64,000 nt of DNA, from positions 37,510,001-37,574,000 of the forward strand of contig OZ024743.1 of NCBI GenBank assembly GCA_964016885.1. Direction: 5' to 3'. How positions within the stretch are numbered: the stretch's first letter is position 1; each line of letters begins with the position of its first letter. Under the pieces are notes generated by a model. It saw only the letters and a program-made list of their open reading frames with translations, was not told the DNA's origin and searched no databases. This document shows, piece after piece, positions 28,624-41,939 of this stretch. Made by a program: the position numbers and the translations under genes. Source of the DNA: Eledone cirrhosa (lineage: Eukaryota).

Positions 28624-29938
28624 TTTGTGTATGTGCGTGCGTATGTATGTGTGTTTTTGTGTGTATGTGTGTGTAACATAGTTTATCTAATGCCAAAATA
28701 TCAATTAGAGAGTATAGAATGTAGACAAACTAATTTGTCCTATTTCTACGAACCTGTCATATTATAACATTTGGTGTTACCAAACCGTGCTGATTGGTAA
28801 CGAATGCTATCTTTGAATATTCTTTTGTATATTCAAAGTATCTCCTAATGAAGGAATTTTAATATTGGTTATCTTAATTTATTGGTATGATTAATATTGT
28901 TTCTTAAAGCTCTGAAACTGCAGGTAGAGAGTTGATACGAGCGAATATTTAAACATTAGTTTGTTTAGCATGTATTCCCCACAATGGAGATTTTGGCATG
29001 AGATAAACTGTTTCAAATGCGCGCGGATTTTAGCTGGAAAGACAGGCCACATAATGATACACTTTTCTCTCCTTATCAACATTCTTCGAGTTTGAGGACC
29101 ATCGGCCGCGAATCAGCAGTGAGATGAAGTGATAGGGAAGAAACTCTACCAGGAATTATAGGAGGTTATTTTTAACCAGGGACTGTTATGTCGTGGTTGT
29201 TGCTATAAGATGTAGTCCTTGTTTCAAGTTTTAGCAGAGATTGTAGAATTAATTTTATTTAATTATTAACAATAAAAAATGTATATAGCAACGTTGTACG
29301 TTCAAACCACACACACACAAACACAAACATCTATAGATTTAATATCCAGGTATGACTGTTGATGAACGTCACTGCAGGTCGTCTGGTTATAGGATCAAAT
29401 CAACATTAGAGAGACGAGAAACAAAGTCAGGATATATTTTACGAAATTTCCAGATGAATAAAAGCCAATGTCGACTGCTTTGTAGTATTAATAAGACTGC
29501 GAATGCTATGAGCGCCACCACGTCTATTTTGCTACAAAATGCAAGTTAGGTTTATCAAAGTCCCAGAGAAATGAAAGACAAAGTGGACCCTTTGTAGTAC
29601 TAATAACACCGAGAAAGACACGAACGCCACCATATCAAGTTTGCTTCGAAATACAAAATAGGTTTATAAATATTAATTTTCTGTGTGTTTTCCTATCTGT
29701 CTCGGTGGCCTAATGGTAGGTATGAGGGACTGTAGAGATTCTTGTCTGTGGTTCAATCTTACTTTAGATGAAATAAAACAATCGAGAACATTTAGTGAGA
29801 CTTCTGTTGCGTAGATCCTGAGAGCGATTGAACCCAGATCAACATATCCACGGTCTCTACACAAACCACAACGCCACCGAGGGTGCTACAAAGTAGCACT
29901 GAAAATTAATATTTATAAATCTACTTTCTATTTCGAGG

Positions 29939-30062
29939 CACAACCCCTCCATCTCAATTCAACTTTTGGAAAAAAGAAGAACTGCGACCCCGGTAAAGAA
30001 CCGAATAAATATATATTAAAAAATAAAGACTCCAGTTGCATTTTTGATTTCATCTTTTTTCC
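29939..30062 (+). mobile_element. Solo 3' pseudo-LTR fragment of the Neptune-like family at 44.5 kb
   Basis: Aligns by eye to the reverse complement of 44498-44630, including a decayed HHR (agaagaactgcgaccccggtaaag). Confidence 0.75.
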
Positions 30063-30350
30063 TTATAGTTTCACTCGTGTAGGACACCTCGTTTTTTTTT
30101 CATTTTGTAAAATAACCTCCCTTACTAATATATATATATATGTATGTATGTATATAAATATATATATATAAATATATATAATGATTAAAATTTATATATC
30201 TTTTTACACATTCTCATACGCACCCTTGTATTATATGTAATTTTTCATGTTTCAAATTAAGGTATATAAATATCGAGTTTTGTCATAACTAATCACTGCC
30301 ATGACTAAATTATAACCATCAACATAGTCAAGGTATGTCAGGCATCAACT

Positions 30351-30416
30351 TATTTTATCTGATGAGGACGTACTGTTGAAATAGCTCAGTATCTCTGAAA
30401 TATGTATAATAAAATA
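30351..30416 (+). ncRNA. Type I hammerhead ribozyme, intact core
   Basis: tattttat-CTGATGA-ggacgtactg-loop-cagtatctct-GAAA-tatgta-TA-ataaaata: 8-bp perfect stem I, 9/10 pairs in stem II. Confidence 0.75.
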
Positions 30417-30466
30417 TATTTGATCACATGAATGTCTATATTTATTAATATTTTGAAGTAATATAA

Positions 30467-30516
<50 letters not shown>

Positions 30517-31255
30517 ACACTTGTGTATGTAAAAATGTGTATAATTGTTATCTGTCTATTCTATCTATCTACATATCTATCTATGTATCTGTGTCTTCTC
30601 TTCCCGCTCTCCTTCTCTGGACACACGCATATATTGGGCGTGAAAATATGTGTGACAGAAAATGGGATGCATGTGTAACTCATTTGATGTATGCGTGTGC
30701 ATATTAGTTGATACTAATTGCTTGAAAATTCTGAACGTAGCAATTGAAATCGATTTCTTGACAAAATTATACAACATATATCGTTGCAGAATTTCTTGGC
30801 ATTTAATCGATCTTTCCTTTAAGGATAAGGTTTTCTAATGAATGATATCGCAATCCACACATACACACACATTTAAGCATGCACCCTGCCTTATAGATGA
30901 ATTTGAAAATATGAATGTCCCAACTGAAATAGCCGTTACAATAATAGTCAATTATAATATATAATAATTGAGAAATCTGGTAAATACCAATGGAGATGGA
31001 AAATGTGGACAAAGGCAGCCCTGTTCACATTTTAAGTCTCCAGTACTATTTTACACGATTTTCTCAGCTACTATTTCTGGTGATCTAATATTTTTGTTGT
31101 TATGCTCATTTCTGTTAGCACACATTTCAAATTTCTGATGTTTGCAATGCTTCTTGCGCAAGCCGCCGCTTACACACAGAGACATATAAAGACATATGAA
31201 TACACGCACACGTGCATGTATGACCACATGCACAGGCACATATACAAATATATAT

Positions 31256-31370
<115 letters not shown>

Positions 31371-31549
31371 TAGATAGACAGAGAGATGAGAGAAAGAGGA
31401 GTATACACAGACACACTTATATATGTATATATATATATATGAATATGTATATATATATATATATGAATATATATGAATATATTTGAATATATATGAATAT
31501 ATATATGAATATATATATATATGAATATGTATATATATATATGAATATA

Positions 31550-31712
31550 TATTAAAATAACACATTAAAGTTTAAGCAAATAATCGCTGCTTTCACCCTT
31601 AACGGGATCTGAAACTAAATATTTGTTCTATGGTTCTTATATATTTGATATATATTTATCCTTATCGAGCCCTCTTTGGATTTTAGTCTTTACATTTATT
31701 ATTATTACTATA
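31550..31712. mobile_element. Solo pseudo-LTR of the 37.3-38.7 kb PLE with its two halves in opposite orientation
   Basis: 31550-31618 matches 38660-38730 directly; 31617-31712 matches the reverse complement of 38565-38659. Confidence 0.85.
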
Positions 31713-31739
31713 TGCGAATATATGTGTATATATGTATGT

Positions 31740-33890
31740 ATGTCGCCATCTCACAAGCCCCCACACCCATCTTGTCACGTCTACCAACCCACAATGTTTT
31801 GCATTGACGAGCTTGTTATTCAGAGATGGTCTGCAGCAACAATAACATCTATTTAGCAGGCCATCTCCGAATAAAATATTTTCTATATTTTCCCTGTTCT
31901 CTGTTTGCGTTTGCCGTAATTCCTTTATTGATTATCTAATTATGCAATCCACACTTGACGTCACCAAGATTTTACGTAACCAGGCCATTGAATTATATAT
32001 ATAGTGTTTTTGTAACAATACAACTTTAAAGGAACATTATCAGTCCGACCTGCTGTTATTTTAATCAAATAAATATTTAACTCCGTTCCTTCACTAGCCA
32101 AGGGATTCAACATCACACGATGGATAAGTTGCGTAACGTAGAGTGCTTCTCCGGATATTACTACATAATTAACTAAACAGAATAACCAGTTCTACCCAGT
32201 AGTGAACCACGAAACATAAATGAATACAGCTCCTTTTACAGTCGAGCACTTTGTGATGTAATGGAGAACAGAGGCCCTGACATCAACTTCAAAGGACTAC
32301 CACAAACTTAGTTTACCTCAAAACGCGGACCATATCGTTCACTGCTACATATATCCATAAGGACCAACCAGATTTCTGATGAAACTTCGGAATTGTTTGA
32401 TGCAACCGCATGATTTCTTCTCTTTCTACTTGACCTTCCATATATTGTATTGACTGAGGTTTTACCTTCATAGTTTAATATTTTCTCAGGTATCTATATT
32501 GGAAGTTGCATCTCAGACTTTACATTACATATTCGATTTCATTTGTATTTGTATTTTTTATCATATTTCCTTTTATTTCATTGCATTTAATTTGCGGTTT
32601 CTATTATAGCTTTTATTATACTATATATTTCAAATATAACATGTGTACACCTTAACCATCAGGTTGTCTCATCCCTCATATGTAGTAGCACATATCTCAG
32701 TAGGGGGGCCGTTCCATTAGCTTCAACGTGCTATCAGTCATTATCATTAATTAATTGCATTTCACTATCTCTTTCACTTATTTACCATCCATTAATTATG
32801 TAATTAATTGACTCCTCCACTCCCCATAGAATTCACTTACTGCCTAACATTAAATGTAGTTCTCTTGGATTATAATAACTACACAGAGACATACTCAGAA
32901 TATTAAATATCTATATTTTTATATCTTATTTTATAGTATATATAATTATATTATATTCCATACGAAATTTAATATTGAGTGACTCATGAAACCCAACACT
33001 AGCTAAGGATTTAATTTAGTTTTATTTTAATTGAAATTTAACTTAATTTTATAATATTTTATATTTTATTTCTTTAATTTTACCTTCAACTATATACTTA
33101 AATTTTTATCCATCCCCAACAATTCTGTCTTCATTATCATTAGCATCACTGCTGTAAATAATTACCTGGTATGCGTTACATCACCGACTGACCATCTCAG
33201 AACTTTCCGAGTTACATACAAGACGCCGGAATTTTTCCATACCTTGAGTGCTTGGAATTAAATAATTTCCACATCTTCACTATATGAATATACTCTGTAC
33301 TGGTATATTATTTTCTGGATCTTGCAAAGTGGAAGAGAGTCATTACGTCAGTTGTTTTTGAACACCAAACCACTCTCTTTGTCATTTCTTTGACAATGCA
33401 AACACACACATATAACTGTGAACTAGAACAATTATTTTAACGAAAGTAAGGCAATAACTAATATATATGTATCTATATTTACCCCTAATTTATATGTTTT
33501 CTTAATTTATGCTTTTTTCTTAATGTAGTTTTTACGTAATGTATTTGTCGTAATTCATTTACGTTCATTTGCTTAACACAGCTTTCAACCCAACGTTCAT
33601 TACTTTTTATTAATTTTTATAAAATATTTTATATATTTGCATAACCCTTTCGACCTCAATAGAACATAACACCTTTAAGCTAATCTTCTCCACAGTCACA
33701 CTTAGCTGGTTTTGGCCAGTATATATTCACACAGAATTTATTGCTCTTCACCTCTGTGGCTATGGTCCGGGTGGTTCTCAACGGCATGGCAGTATCTATA
33801 ACAACAGGATGTATATCGCCACCACACAAGCCCCACACCCATCTTGGTCGTGCCTACCAAACCCACAATGCTTTGCATTGAGGAGTTTGG
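31740..33890 (+). repeat. About 80-bp direct repeats (31740-31817, 33815-33890) bounding a 2.1-kb unassigned segment
   Basis: tcgcca..cacaagccccacacccatcttg...ctaccaa(a)cccacaatg.tttgcattga.gag.ttg at both ends. Confidence 0.7.
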
Positions 33891-34284
33891 TGATACATAT
33901 ACACATATATGCTTTTACCCTTTTCCTGGATCTTTGGAAACAATATTTTTCAGTTTGAAGCCACATAAATAAATATTTCGAAATATATGTCCATCGGTTG
34001 AATTATATCTCAGTTTGCAAAAGTCATGAAAAAGGGAGGATGTTTTTGCTGAAACATTTAATGCTCTATCTAATACAACAAGCTCGCTCTGCGATCTTAC
34101 GTATATATAGATTATTGTGTATATATACGCACACAGGCACACACACACACACATATATTTCCATACATGTAGGTGCATACTAAAAATAGTTATTAGATCT
34201 AAGGTAAACATTAAACTGTTGTTATATCCACATGGAATTCATTCTAAATCTTCTCATATATATATATATATATAGATATAGATA

Positions 34285-34386
<102 letters not shown>

Positions 34387-34442
34387 ACATACATATATAT
34401 ATATACAGATATATATATATGTATAAATACATATATGTATAC

Positions 34443-34534
<92 letters not shown>

Positions 34535-34683
34535 ATACATACATATATGTATACATATATATCTATATGTATACATACATATATGTATACATATATATAT
34601 ATATATAGGTATATAAATTCATACATACACATATAAAACCCTCACAGGTACACACGGGTATATAATACATTTTTGGCTGAAGA

Positions 34684-36776
34684 TGTTGTCACCAATTTAG
34701 CGGAGAAGTATATTTAGATAGTTGTGATGTTGCCACGAGGAACCAGGTTTGGTAGAAAGATATGATAGGAATATCGACAACGACTTTAGCTTGTTTTTAC
34801 ATTATTTATTAACAGAGGTTGAGCTGGCATGCTAAGAGAAATAAAACAAATCAATTAAGATTACAAGAGAAAATACGGTCGACTGGCTGAGGCGTTTAGC
34901 CAATTCCGTAGTAAAATTGTTGTGTCGTTACATATTGTTTGTACTGGCGGAGCAAAAGAACAAGTGGTGTTTAGCTTAGCACTGTCTAGCTGCAAGTGAT
35001 AGCGTCCTCAAATCTTTGCGGGCTATTTCTCCCTCAGAATGCGTAGGGATACATCCTCTTCTACTGGCGCTGATTGGCTGAGCTGAGCCAAATCACGCAC
35101 AGAGAATGTATGTGAGTCCGTGGAATGTAGGTCACTACATCACCTCCGAGCAGATTTTTAGCCGAAAATCGTTAACGATGAAGCCGAGGACCCACAGATT
35201 ATTGAATCAGCAAGAACAAATGCTGAAAGAGCACATCAGTGAAAAAATAATTGAGCAGAAAGATGCATGCAAGAAAAAAAAATGAGGCGCGACGGGCCGT
35301 GTTGAGCCGCTGTCAAATGACTAGCTGTTTCGTCGTTTATACGTGACCACCAAAGGTCTACCAGAAAACAGATAAAGTCTGACATGGGCGAAGTTGCTGT
35401 TCTTGCATTAAATGTTAATGGTAAGTGTTGTACCAGTAGCTGTGGACGAAACTATTATGGTAGTTTACCAGTGCTGGCAAGAAGATGATGGGTAGGCGAG
35501 AAAATGTTGGCCTCCCAGATGTATTGCCGAATGTGCTAGGGAGCCAGGAAAAAATGGCTGGTTGCTTTGAAAAGAAAAAAAAGCAAGTTGAATCTGTAGG
35601 TGGGTTGCAGTTCCATAATTCGGGCGAATCCACAGAAGTGTTGAAAATGCTGACAAGTCCTGTTCTATTTGTTGTTTTCCCGGTGAGCTGGGTAAGATAA
35701 CAAGATAGGTTGTTATGGACGATGAGTGTGCAACGAGATGCGAAACTGTTTGAGTTCAGCTACAATTAGCATACTCGTGTTGCCGTGCAGGTGAATTAAG
35801 CTGCAAGTGTCGATAGCATGTTTTGGTACCTCCAGAAGGTGAAAAGGGATCTCGCAGAATATTACGACGCTTGAAGATCATATGCTATAGACAACAACAT
35901 GTTGGTGTGTGTAAATATGCAGGCATGTAATACAGCAAAGAAAATGTGTGCGTGCGGTCACATATACATTGATAGAGAGAAATGAATTTTCATATAATAT
36001 AGTTTAAAAAAAAAAAATAAATGTCCAAAATAAATGCCTGAAAAAAAATGGAAGAAAGAAAGAATTGTTTCTTTTCTTTTAACAAAAAGTTCGCTTCCTT
36101 TTTCTTTGGGAACGCTCTTACTAGGAAGCTAGTAGAGTTATTGTTGTTGCTAAAGCAAAGTCACAATGAATCTTCTGTAGAGTAGAAGTCGAGCGTTGAA
36201 GAACCTAGCGTCACCAATATGGCAGCCACGTCTGACGCCATAATGGTGAGAAAACTAATGTCTTAATTTCTCGAGTCCTTGTGGTAACGAGACAGAAGGG
36301 GTCACCAATTTGGTAGGAGTTGTTGTCACCAATTTAGCGGAGAAGCATATTTAGAGAATTGTGATGTTGCCACGAGGAACCAGGTTTGGTAGAAAGATAT
36401 GATAGGAATATCGACAACGACTTTAGCTTGTTTTTACATTATTTATTAACAGAAGTTGAACTGGCATGCCAAGAGAAATAAAACAAATCAATTAAGATTA
36501 CAAGAGAAAATAGGGTCGACTGGCTGAGGCGTTTAGCCAATTCCGTAGTAAAATTGTTATGTCGTTACATATTGTTTGTGCTGGCGGAGCAAAAGAACAA
36601 GTGGTGTTTAGCTTAACACGGTCTAGCTGGAAGTGATAGCGTCCTCAAATCTTTGCGGGCTATTTCTCCCTCAGAACGCGTAGTGATACATCCTCTTCTA
36701 CTGGCGCTGATTGGCTGAGCTGAGCCAAATCACGCACAGAGAATGTATGTGAGCCCGCGGAATGTAGGTGACTACA
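34684..36776 (-). mobile_element. Non-autonomous LTR retrotransposon (TRIM/LARD-like)
   Basis: Two 456-bp LTRs (34684-35139, 36321-36776) with about 17 mismatches by eye and TGT...ACA ends. On the minus strand there is a PBS-like TGGTGACCCC near 36307 and a purine tract GGAGGTGA before the 3' LTR. The 1.18-kb interior has no long ORF. No TSD seen. Confidence 0.85.
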
Positions 36777-37014
36777 CATTCATCAAAGGGACGTAGTAGC
36801 ACCAATGTCAGAAGTGAAATACCTAATGGATATGTGTCGCTTTTCCTTACATTACTTCAGTTTTTTCTACATATTTCACTTTTCTCCAATATAGCTTTCT
36901 AGACATTTTGTGTACAATCTGATTATATAGCATGATTAGTTGGAAAATGTGAAGTACGTGTTGTAAATGCTTATTTTCCGGTAGAAAATACATTGCACCT
37001 TAAAACTCCTTTGA

Positions 37015-37172
37015 CAGATCATTGGCAGCGTCGTTAAGATATCGGATAGAATACTTTACGGTATTCGTCCCACCCCATTGCGTGCTCTGAGTTCAAAACC
37101 CTCCGTGGTCAATTTGCCTTTCATCCTTTTGAGGTCAATAAAAAAAATGTACCAGTGCAATACTGGGGTCGA
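37015..37172 (+). mobile_element. Diverged SINE copy
   Basis: ttggcag...tctgagttcaaaaccctccgtggtcaatttgcctttcatcc. Confidence 0.7.
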
Positions 37173-37431
37173 TTCTTCCTCTACAGAAAAAGAATCGGCT
37201 GTGTTCAGACCTGGTAAGGGTTTGGCTCAACCAGTTTTAAAAGTGCACGAGATACGCCGTATGACGGTGCTTCTACGACTCCACCGGGAGTTATGGGATC
37301 TTTATTTTATATATATATATATATAGTAATAATAATAAATTTGAAGACTAAAATCCAAAGAGGGCTCGATAAGGATAAATATATATCAAATATATAAGAA
37401 CCGTAGAGCAAATATTTATTAAAATAACAGA

Positions 37432-38523
37432 TTAAAGTTTAAGCAAAGAATCGCTGCTTTCACCCTTAACGGAATCTTCATCACGGTACAAACCACCGCC
37501 CGCGTTGGGGAATTCGTCCTTGATAGAGAAAAGAAGGAAAAGGCCGATAAGATCAGTAACCTCCGCAGAATCGCTGGCGCCCATACTCACGTCGAATGGG
37601 GTACTATTGGATTTTTTAATCCAAATAGAGTCGTCGAAATTAATCACCGACTTACGGGCATTGAGGATGACATCAACTTCGAAATCCTTAACCACTGTGA
37701 GTGTTTTACCGAAATTGATAGCTCTAAGGAGAAGTGGTAAAGTGATAGAGGAGTAGTAATTGTTGATGTCGAATTGGATAAAACGGCAATGTTCCTTGTT
37801 GCATATGCCGTTGAACCAATCAATCACCGCGAAAGAATTGTTCCACAGTGCAAGAGGGGCCAAACTTCTAATTTCTGGTATAATTCTATCAATAATCCTT
37901 TTACTAAGTCTACCTAAATCGGACTTCGTAGGGTTAATAAGCCGATTAGAGGGGTTGTTCAGAAAATTGGATTTGTGATCCTTCAGGGTAAAGTGGGGAG
38001 AAATAGGGTCCAGAGGTTCGGTCCGGTCCAGGATGTTGAGATCAGAGGTGATTTTAAACCCAGCATCGTTGATTTCATTGATGACGCACCGATTAGTTTT
38101 ACGGTAATCCTTAGTTACAGCATTATGTAGTAGGTGATGGTAAGTACTGCGCTCCACTTGATATAGGTTGCCAGTTTTGTCGGAATGGACGTGCACGGCA
38201 TTAGAATCCTTAATAGAACGAATTCTATTCTTCAGGTCCTGCTGGAAGGAATTGCTCCTAATCCGAAATTTGATACTCCGTATGAGTTCCAGGACATCAT
38301 TTTCGAAGGGTAGCAATGCTGGGTTACACGGGGGGTTATTATACGTTTTAACCCCAAATTTAACCTGTTTGTTGTCTGCTTTTCGCGGATTATCGAAATA
38401 AAAGGCACGCCAAAGACAGCTTTTAATGAACGCGTCTGTTTTTTGTAACAGGAGTTTTAGGTATGTTTTCCTGCTTGGTACGGGTATGTTCTTTGTAGAA
38501 ATATTCAGATGTTGTTTCTGCAT
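37432..38523 (-). CDS. PLE (Nematis-like) N-terminal domain plus partial reverse transcriptase, truncated at the YRDD motif
   Basis: Open 363-aa frame with STKNIP, SDKTGNLY, TLKDHK, RLINPTKSDLG, FIQFDINNYYSSI, FDVSMGASDSAE and GGLYRD; collinear with 58574-59635. Confidence 0.85.
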   Translation of the reverse strand: MQKQHLNISTKNIPVPSRKTYLKLLLQKTDAFIKSCLWRAFYFDNPRKADNKQVKFGVKTYNNPPCNPALLPFENDVLELIRSIKFRIRSNSFQQDLKNRIRSIKDSNAVHVHSDKTGNLYQVERSTYHHLLHNAVTKDYRKTNRCVINEINDAGFKITSDLNILDRTEPLDPISPHFTLKDHKSNFLNNPSNRLINPTKSDLGRLSKRIIDRIIPEIRSLAPLALWNNSFAVIDWFNGICNKEHCRFIQFDINNYYSSITLPLLLRAINFGKTLTVVKDFEVDVILNARKSVINFDDSIWIKKSNSTPFDVSMGASDSAEVTDLIGLFLLFSIKDEFPNAGGGLYRDEDSVKGESSDSLLKL

Positions 38524-38677
38524 GATGAATATAAGTCAATAGAGTGCTCAACCGAGGGAGCCAAATAGTAATAATAATAAATTTGAAGACTAAAATCCAA
38601 AGAGGGCTCGATAAGGAAAAATATATATCAAATATATAAGAACCGTAGAGCAAATATTTATTAAAATAACAGATTAA

Positions 38678-38728
38678 AGTTTAAGCAAAGAATCGCTGCT
38701 TTCACCCTTAACGGGATCTTCTGAAACT
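38678..38728 (-). ncRNA. Hammerhead ribozyme (U4>A variant) at the 5' end of the pseudo-LTR
   Basis: agttt-CAGAAGA-t-ccc-gttaa-ggg-t-GAAA-gca...tgc-TT-aaact. Confidence 0.7.
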
Positions 38729-38806
38729 AACAAAGTCAATCTGTAAACGCAGAAGTGGATATTTCAAAAAACGTTGCAACCGGAGGAAGACAGGAAGACG
38801 ATACTT

Positions 38807-39048
38807 TGGTTCGTGGAAACGTTCCCTGGCAAAGAACAGGAAAAAAAGAATATAATATGTCATTAATAGGAGCGGTGAAAAACAATTACGCGCAAAGACA
38901 GAACCACGTTTATGATATAAAAGAAGTCGTAGACTAATGTTCTCTTAGGTGGTTCATAGAGACGTTCTCTGGCAATGAACGGAAAAAAACGAAGATAATA
39001 CGTCATATGTGGAGCGTGGAGAACAATTGCACGCAAAGACAAAACCAC
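38807..39048. repeat. Diverged tandem duplication, period about 143 bp
   Basis: tggttc.t.ga.acgtt.c.ctggcaa.gaac...aacaatt.c.cgcaaagaca.aaccac occurs at 38807 and 38950. Confidence 0.7.
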
Positions 39049-39378
39049 AATTACAGTTAGTACTAACTAGTGTTGCACGTGTTCCTACGGCTAGGTAGTT
39101 TAGCTAAATTTGAAGCTGTGATGTTATGTGCAAGGTTAGGAGTCGTAGAGTAAGAAATTTTTGTTCTCGGTATGGTGAACTAACTACACACTACTTCTAC
39201 ACACACACACACACACACTCTATCTCACACACACACATATATATATATACAATTAGACGTGTGTGTGTATGTGTGTATCATGGGGCCCCAATTACTGCGA
39301 GATTCCCGATAAGACGCTGTTCCGAAATTCCTGGAAACCAGAGACAAACTATGATATGGCTACAATATATATATATAC

Positions 39379-39476
<98 letters not shown>

Positions 39477-39599
39477 GTCTGTATGTGTGTGTATGTATGT
39501 GTTTTTAGGATTATATTAAATCCTTATTTAAGACGAAAGATTGTCAAGATATGATGAATTTTCACTTCCTTCTATATTCAATATAGTTTCCAATATACA

Positions 39600-39920
39600 A
39601 TTACAATAATCACCATTATCTGCAACAACCGTAGCAGCAGTAACAACAGTAGCGGTATCTGCAGCAGCAACATCAGCAATAGCAGTAAAAACAGCCGCGG
39701 TAAAAGCAACGGTTGTAGTAGTAGTAGTAGTAGTAGTAGTAGTATTGATGGCTGTGGTGGTTGTGGCTGTAGTAGTAGTAGTAGTAGTAGTAGTAGCAGT
39801 AGTAGTAGCAGTAGTAGTAGTAGTCGTAGTAGTATTGGTGGTTGTGGTGGTGGTGGTGTCGGTGGCGGCGGTAGTAGTAGTAGTAATTTTGATTTTGTTG
39901 TCGTCGTTATTGTTGTTCGT
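39600..39920. repeat. Compound trinucleotide microsatellite (CAG/TAG/TGG)
   Basis: Directly visible. Confidence 0.9.
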
Positions 39921-40456
39921 TTTACATTACACATACAACATTTGACATTCAATATATCAATGAAAATCTTTAATTGGAAAATTGGTAAGCATCTAAAATA
40001 TTAAATATAAACAAAATTAAAAGTAATTCTTTTAACCAATAAAGTTAGGAAACAGTCATATATTATGTTCTATTTTCAATAAGCTAAGTTTATAACAGCC
40101 AAATTATTCAAATATAATATTATATTAATTTATTGAAAATCATTGACTACAATAATATATATTTGGAGGAAACTTATAAAATTATTGTCCTTTTTCATTT
40201 GTGCCTAATGGCTCTATTTCAATTGAAATGAAATGTTTTAAACTACGACATAAATGATTTTGTATGAATTATTTTTCGGTTGATGTGCTGTAAAGGATTC
40301 AATTTTATTCTGCGTACTTCTTTAGATATTTCCGCTACTATTATTCAGAACAATTACTAAAAGAATCTAATCATCTCAATACAATTTTTTTTTATAATAA
40401 AAACGCCGTATGTGAAGCGCAATATTTCGAACTTACTAAGCAATGAGGAAATAAAA

Positions 40457-40795
40457 TAATTGTTTCTACTTTTGGCACAAGTCCAGCAATTACCCAGTGC
40501 ATTACTGGTACTTTATTTCATCGACCCCGTAAGGATGAAAGGCAAATTTAACCTCGGCTGGATTTGAACTCAGAACATAAAGGGCCGTAGCTCTTTGCTG
40601 CTAAGCATGTTGTCTGACCATCTAAGATGAATAATTGTTTCTACTTTTGGCACAAAAGCATTACTGCTACTTTAGATTATCGACCCCGTAAGGGTGAAAT
40701 ACAAAGCCAACCTCCTCGGGATTTGAACACAGAACACAGAACGTAAAGAGCCATAGTTCTATGATACAAAGCATTCTGTCTGACGCTCTACCGAT
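40457..40795 (-). mobile_element. Two tandem SINE copies
   Basis: aattgtttctacttttggcacaa...ggatttgaac at 40457 and 40631. Confidence 0.8.
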
Positions 40796-41694
40796 TAGGA
40801 GGTTCAGACGCAGAAAATAACGACAATAACAGTCAGTTGCTATTAAATAGCTTTTAAAAATCGGGTAAAGACCCCTACAAACGCGAAAATGTTGCCAACA
40901 GCCGTCTCTAGGGGTATATAACTGATTTTATGAAGCTAGTTTATAGCATTTGATTGTAATGGCACTTATCTTCTTCGTCTGAGCTTCCCACGTCTTATAT
41001 ATTATTTGTTATGTCTATATTTTTGCTGATTAGAAATATTTTATCAGTATTACACGGTTTGAGATCCGATCGTCGTGCGCTGCAACAGTGTCAACCCATG
41101 TCTGGTGACGGAAATTGGATATATGTAAACTGTGAGGAAGACCATCGTAAGCAGTGTATATTTCTTTCGTTGATAGTGTTGAAACATATATTGTTAAATT
41201 TAGAGATGGTTATTTTGTAATTTTTGCCAATGCACCTTCACTTCAGCTTTCTTATAATTATTTACTTGTTATTTTGTCAAATATATTTTTTCACATATTC
41301 CGTAACCTCATCAATGATAATTTGTTCTTCTCTGTGACCCCTTTTTTTTCTAAAGGAATTAAATCTTCATCAACATTCATTCATTGCCAAATTTGGACAA
41401 TTTAGTTGTAGTGATTAGTTTAGCTGTTTGCACTCTAGAATGGACAGAAAACCTCGGTAAGCGATAAACATAAAATGTACATAAATTGTAGCGTATACCC
41501 AAATAAATGTGTGTTTTGGTAGTTTGGAGAGAAAATATAATAATTGGACGGTGTCGTGCACCCCGCCCAGTTCCACAGCCACTGTATATATAGTTTTAAG
41601 AAGAATTATGTTCTGTGCCCTTTCCTACGGTGTTAATATATCGAGCTTCTTCCCATTTGGTAAGAAACTGGTATTATACTCAATTTATTCACCC

Positions 41695-41784
<90 letters not shown>

Positions 41785-41939
41785 ATTTATTATGGCTGTT
41801 GGTGAGATATGTTGCTCTAAAGTTTCACCTGCAAACTCACAGGTTCACCAGTCTTGTTTTAGCCCCAATAAATGGATATCTAAACTCGATATAGAGTTTT
41901 CATTCTTACGTCGGTCAATATTTCACGCACTCTAACACG

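Larger units (their letters stand above)
37323..38730 (-). mobile_element. Internally deleted Penelope-like element with two direct pseudo-LTRs
   Basis: 37323-37479 matches 38565-38721 (offset 1242). The repeats enclose the RT ORF and the 3' end joins (TA)n. Confidence 0.9.

Noticed and set aside
39578-39952. Poly-Leu/Pro ORF resembling a membrane protein
   Set aside because: Translation of a trinucleotide microsatellite.
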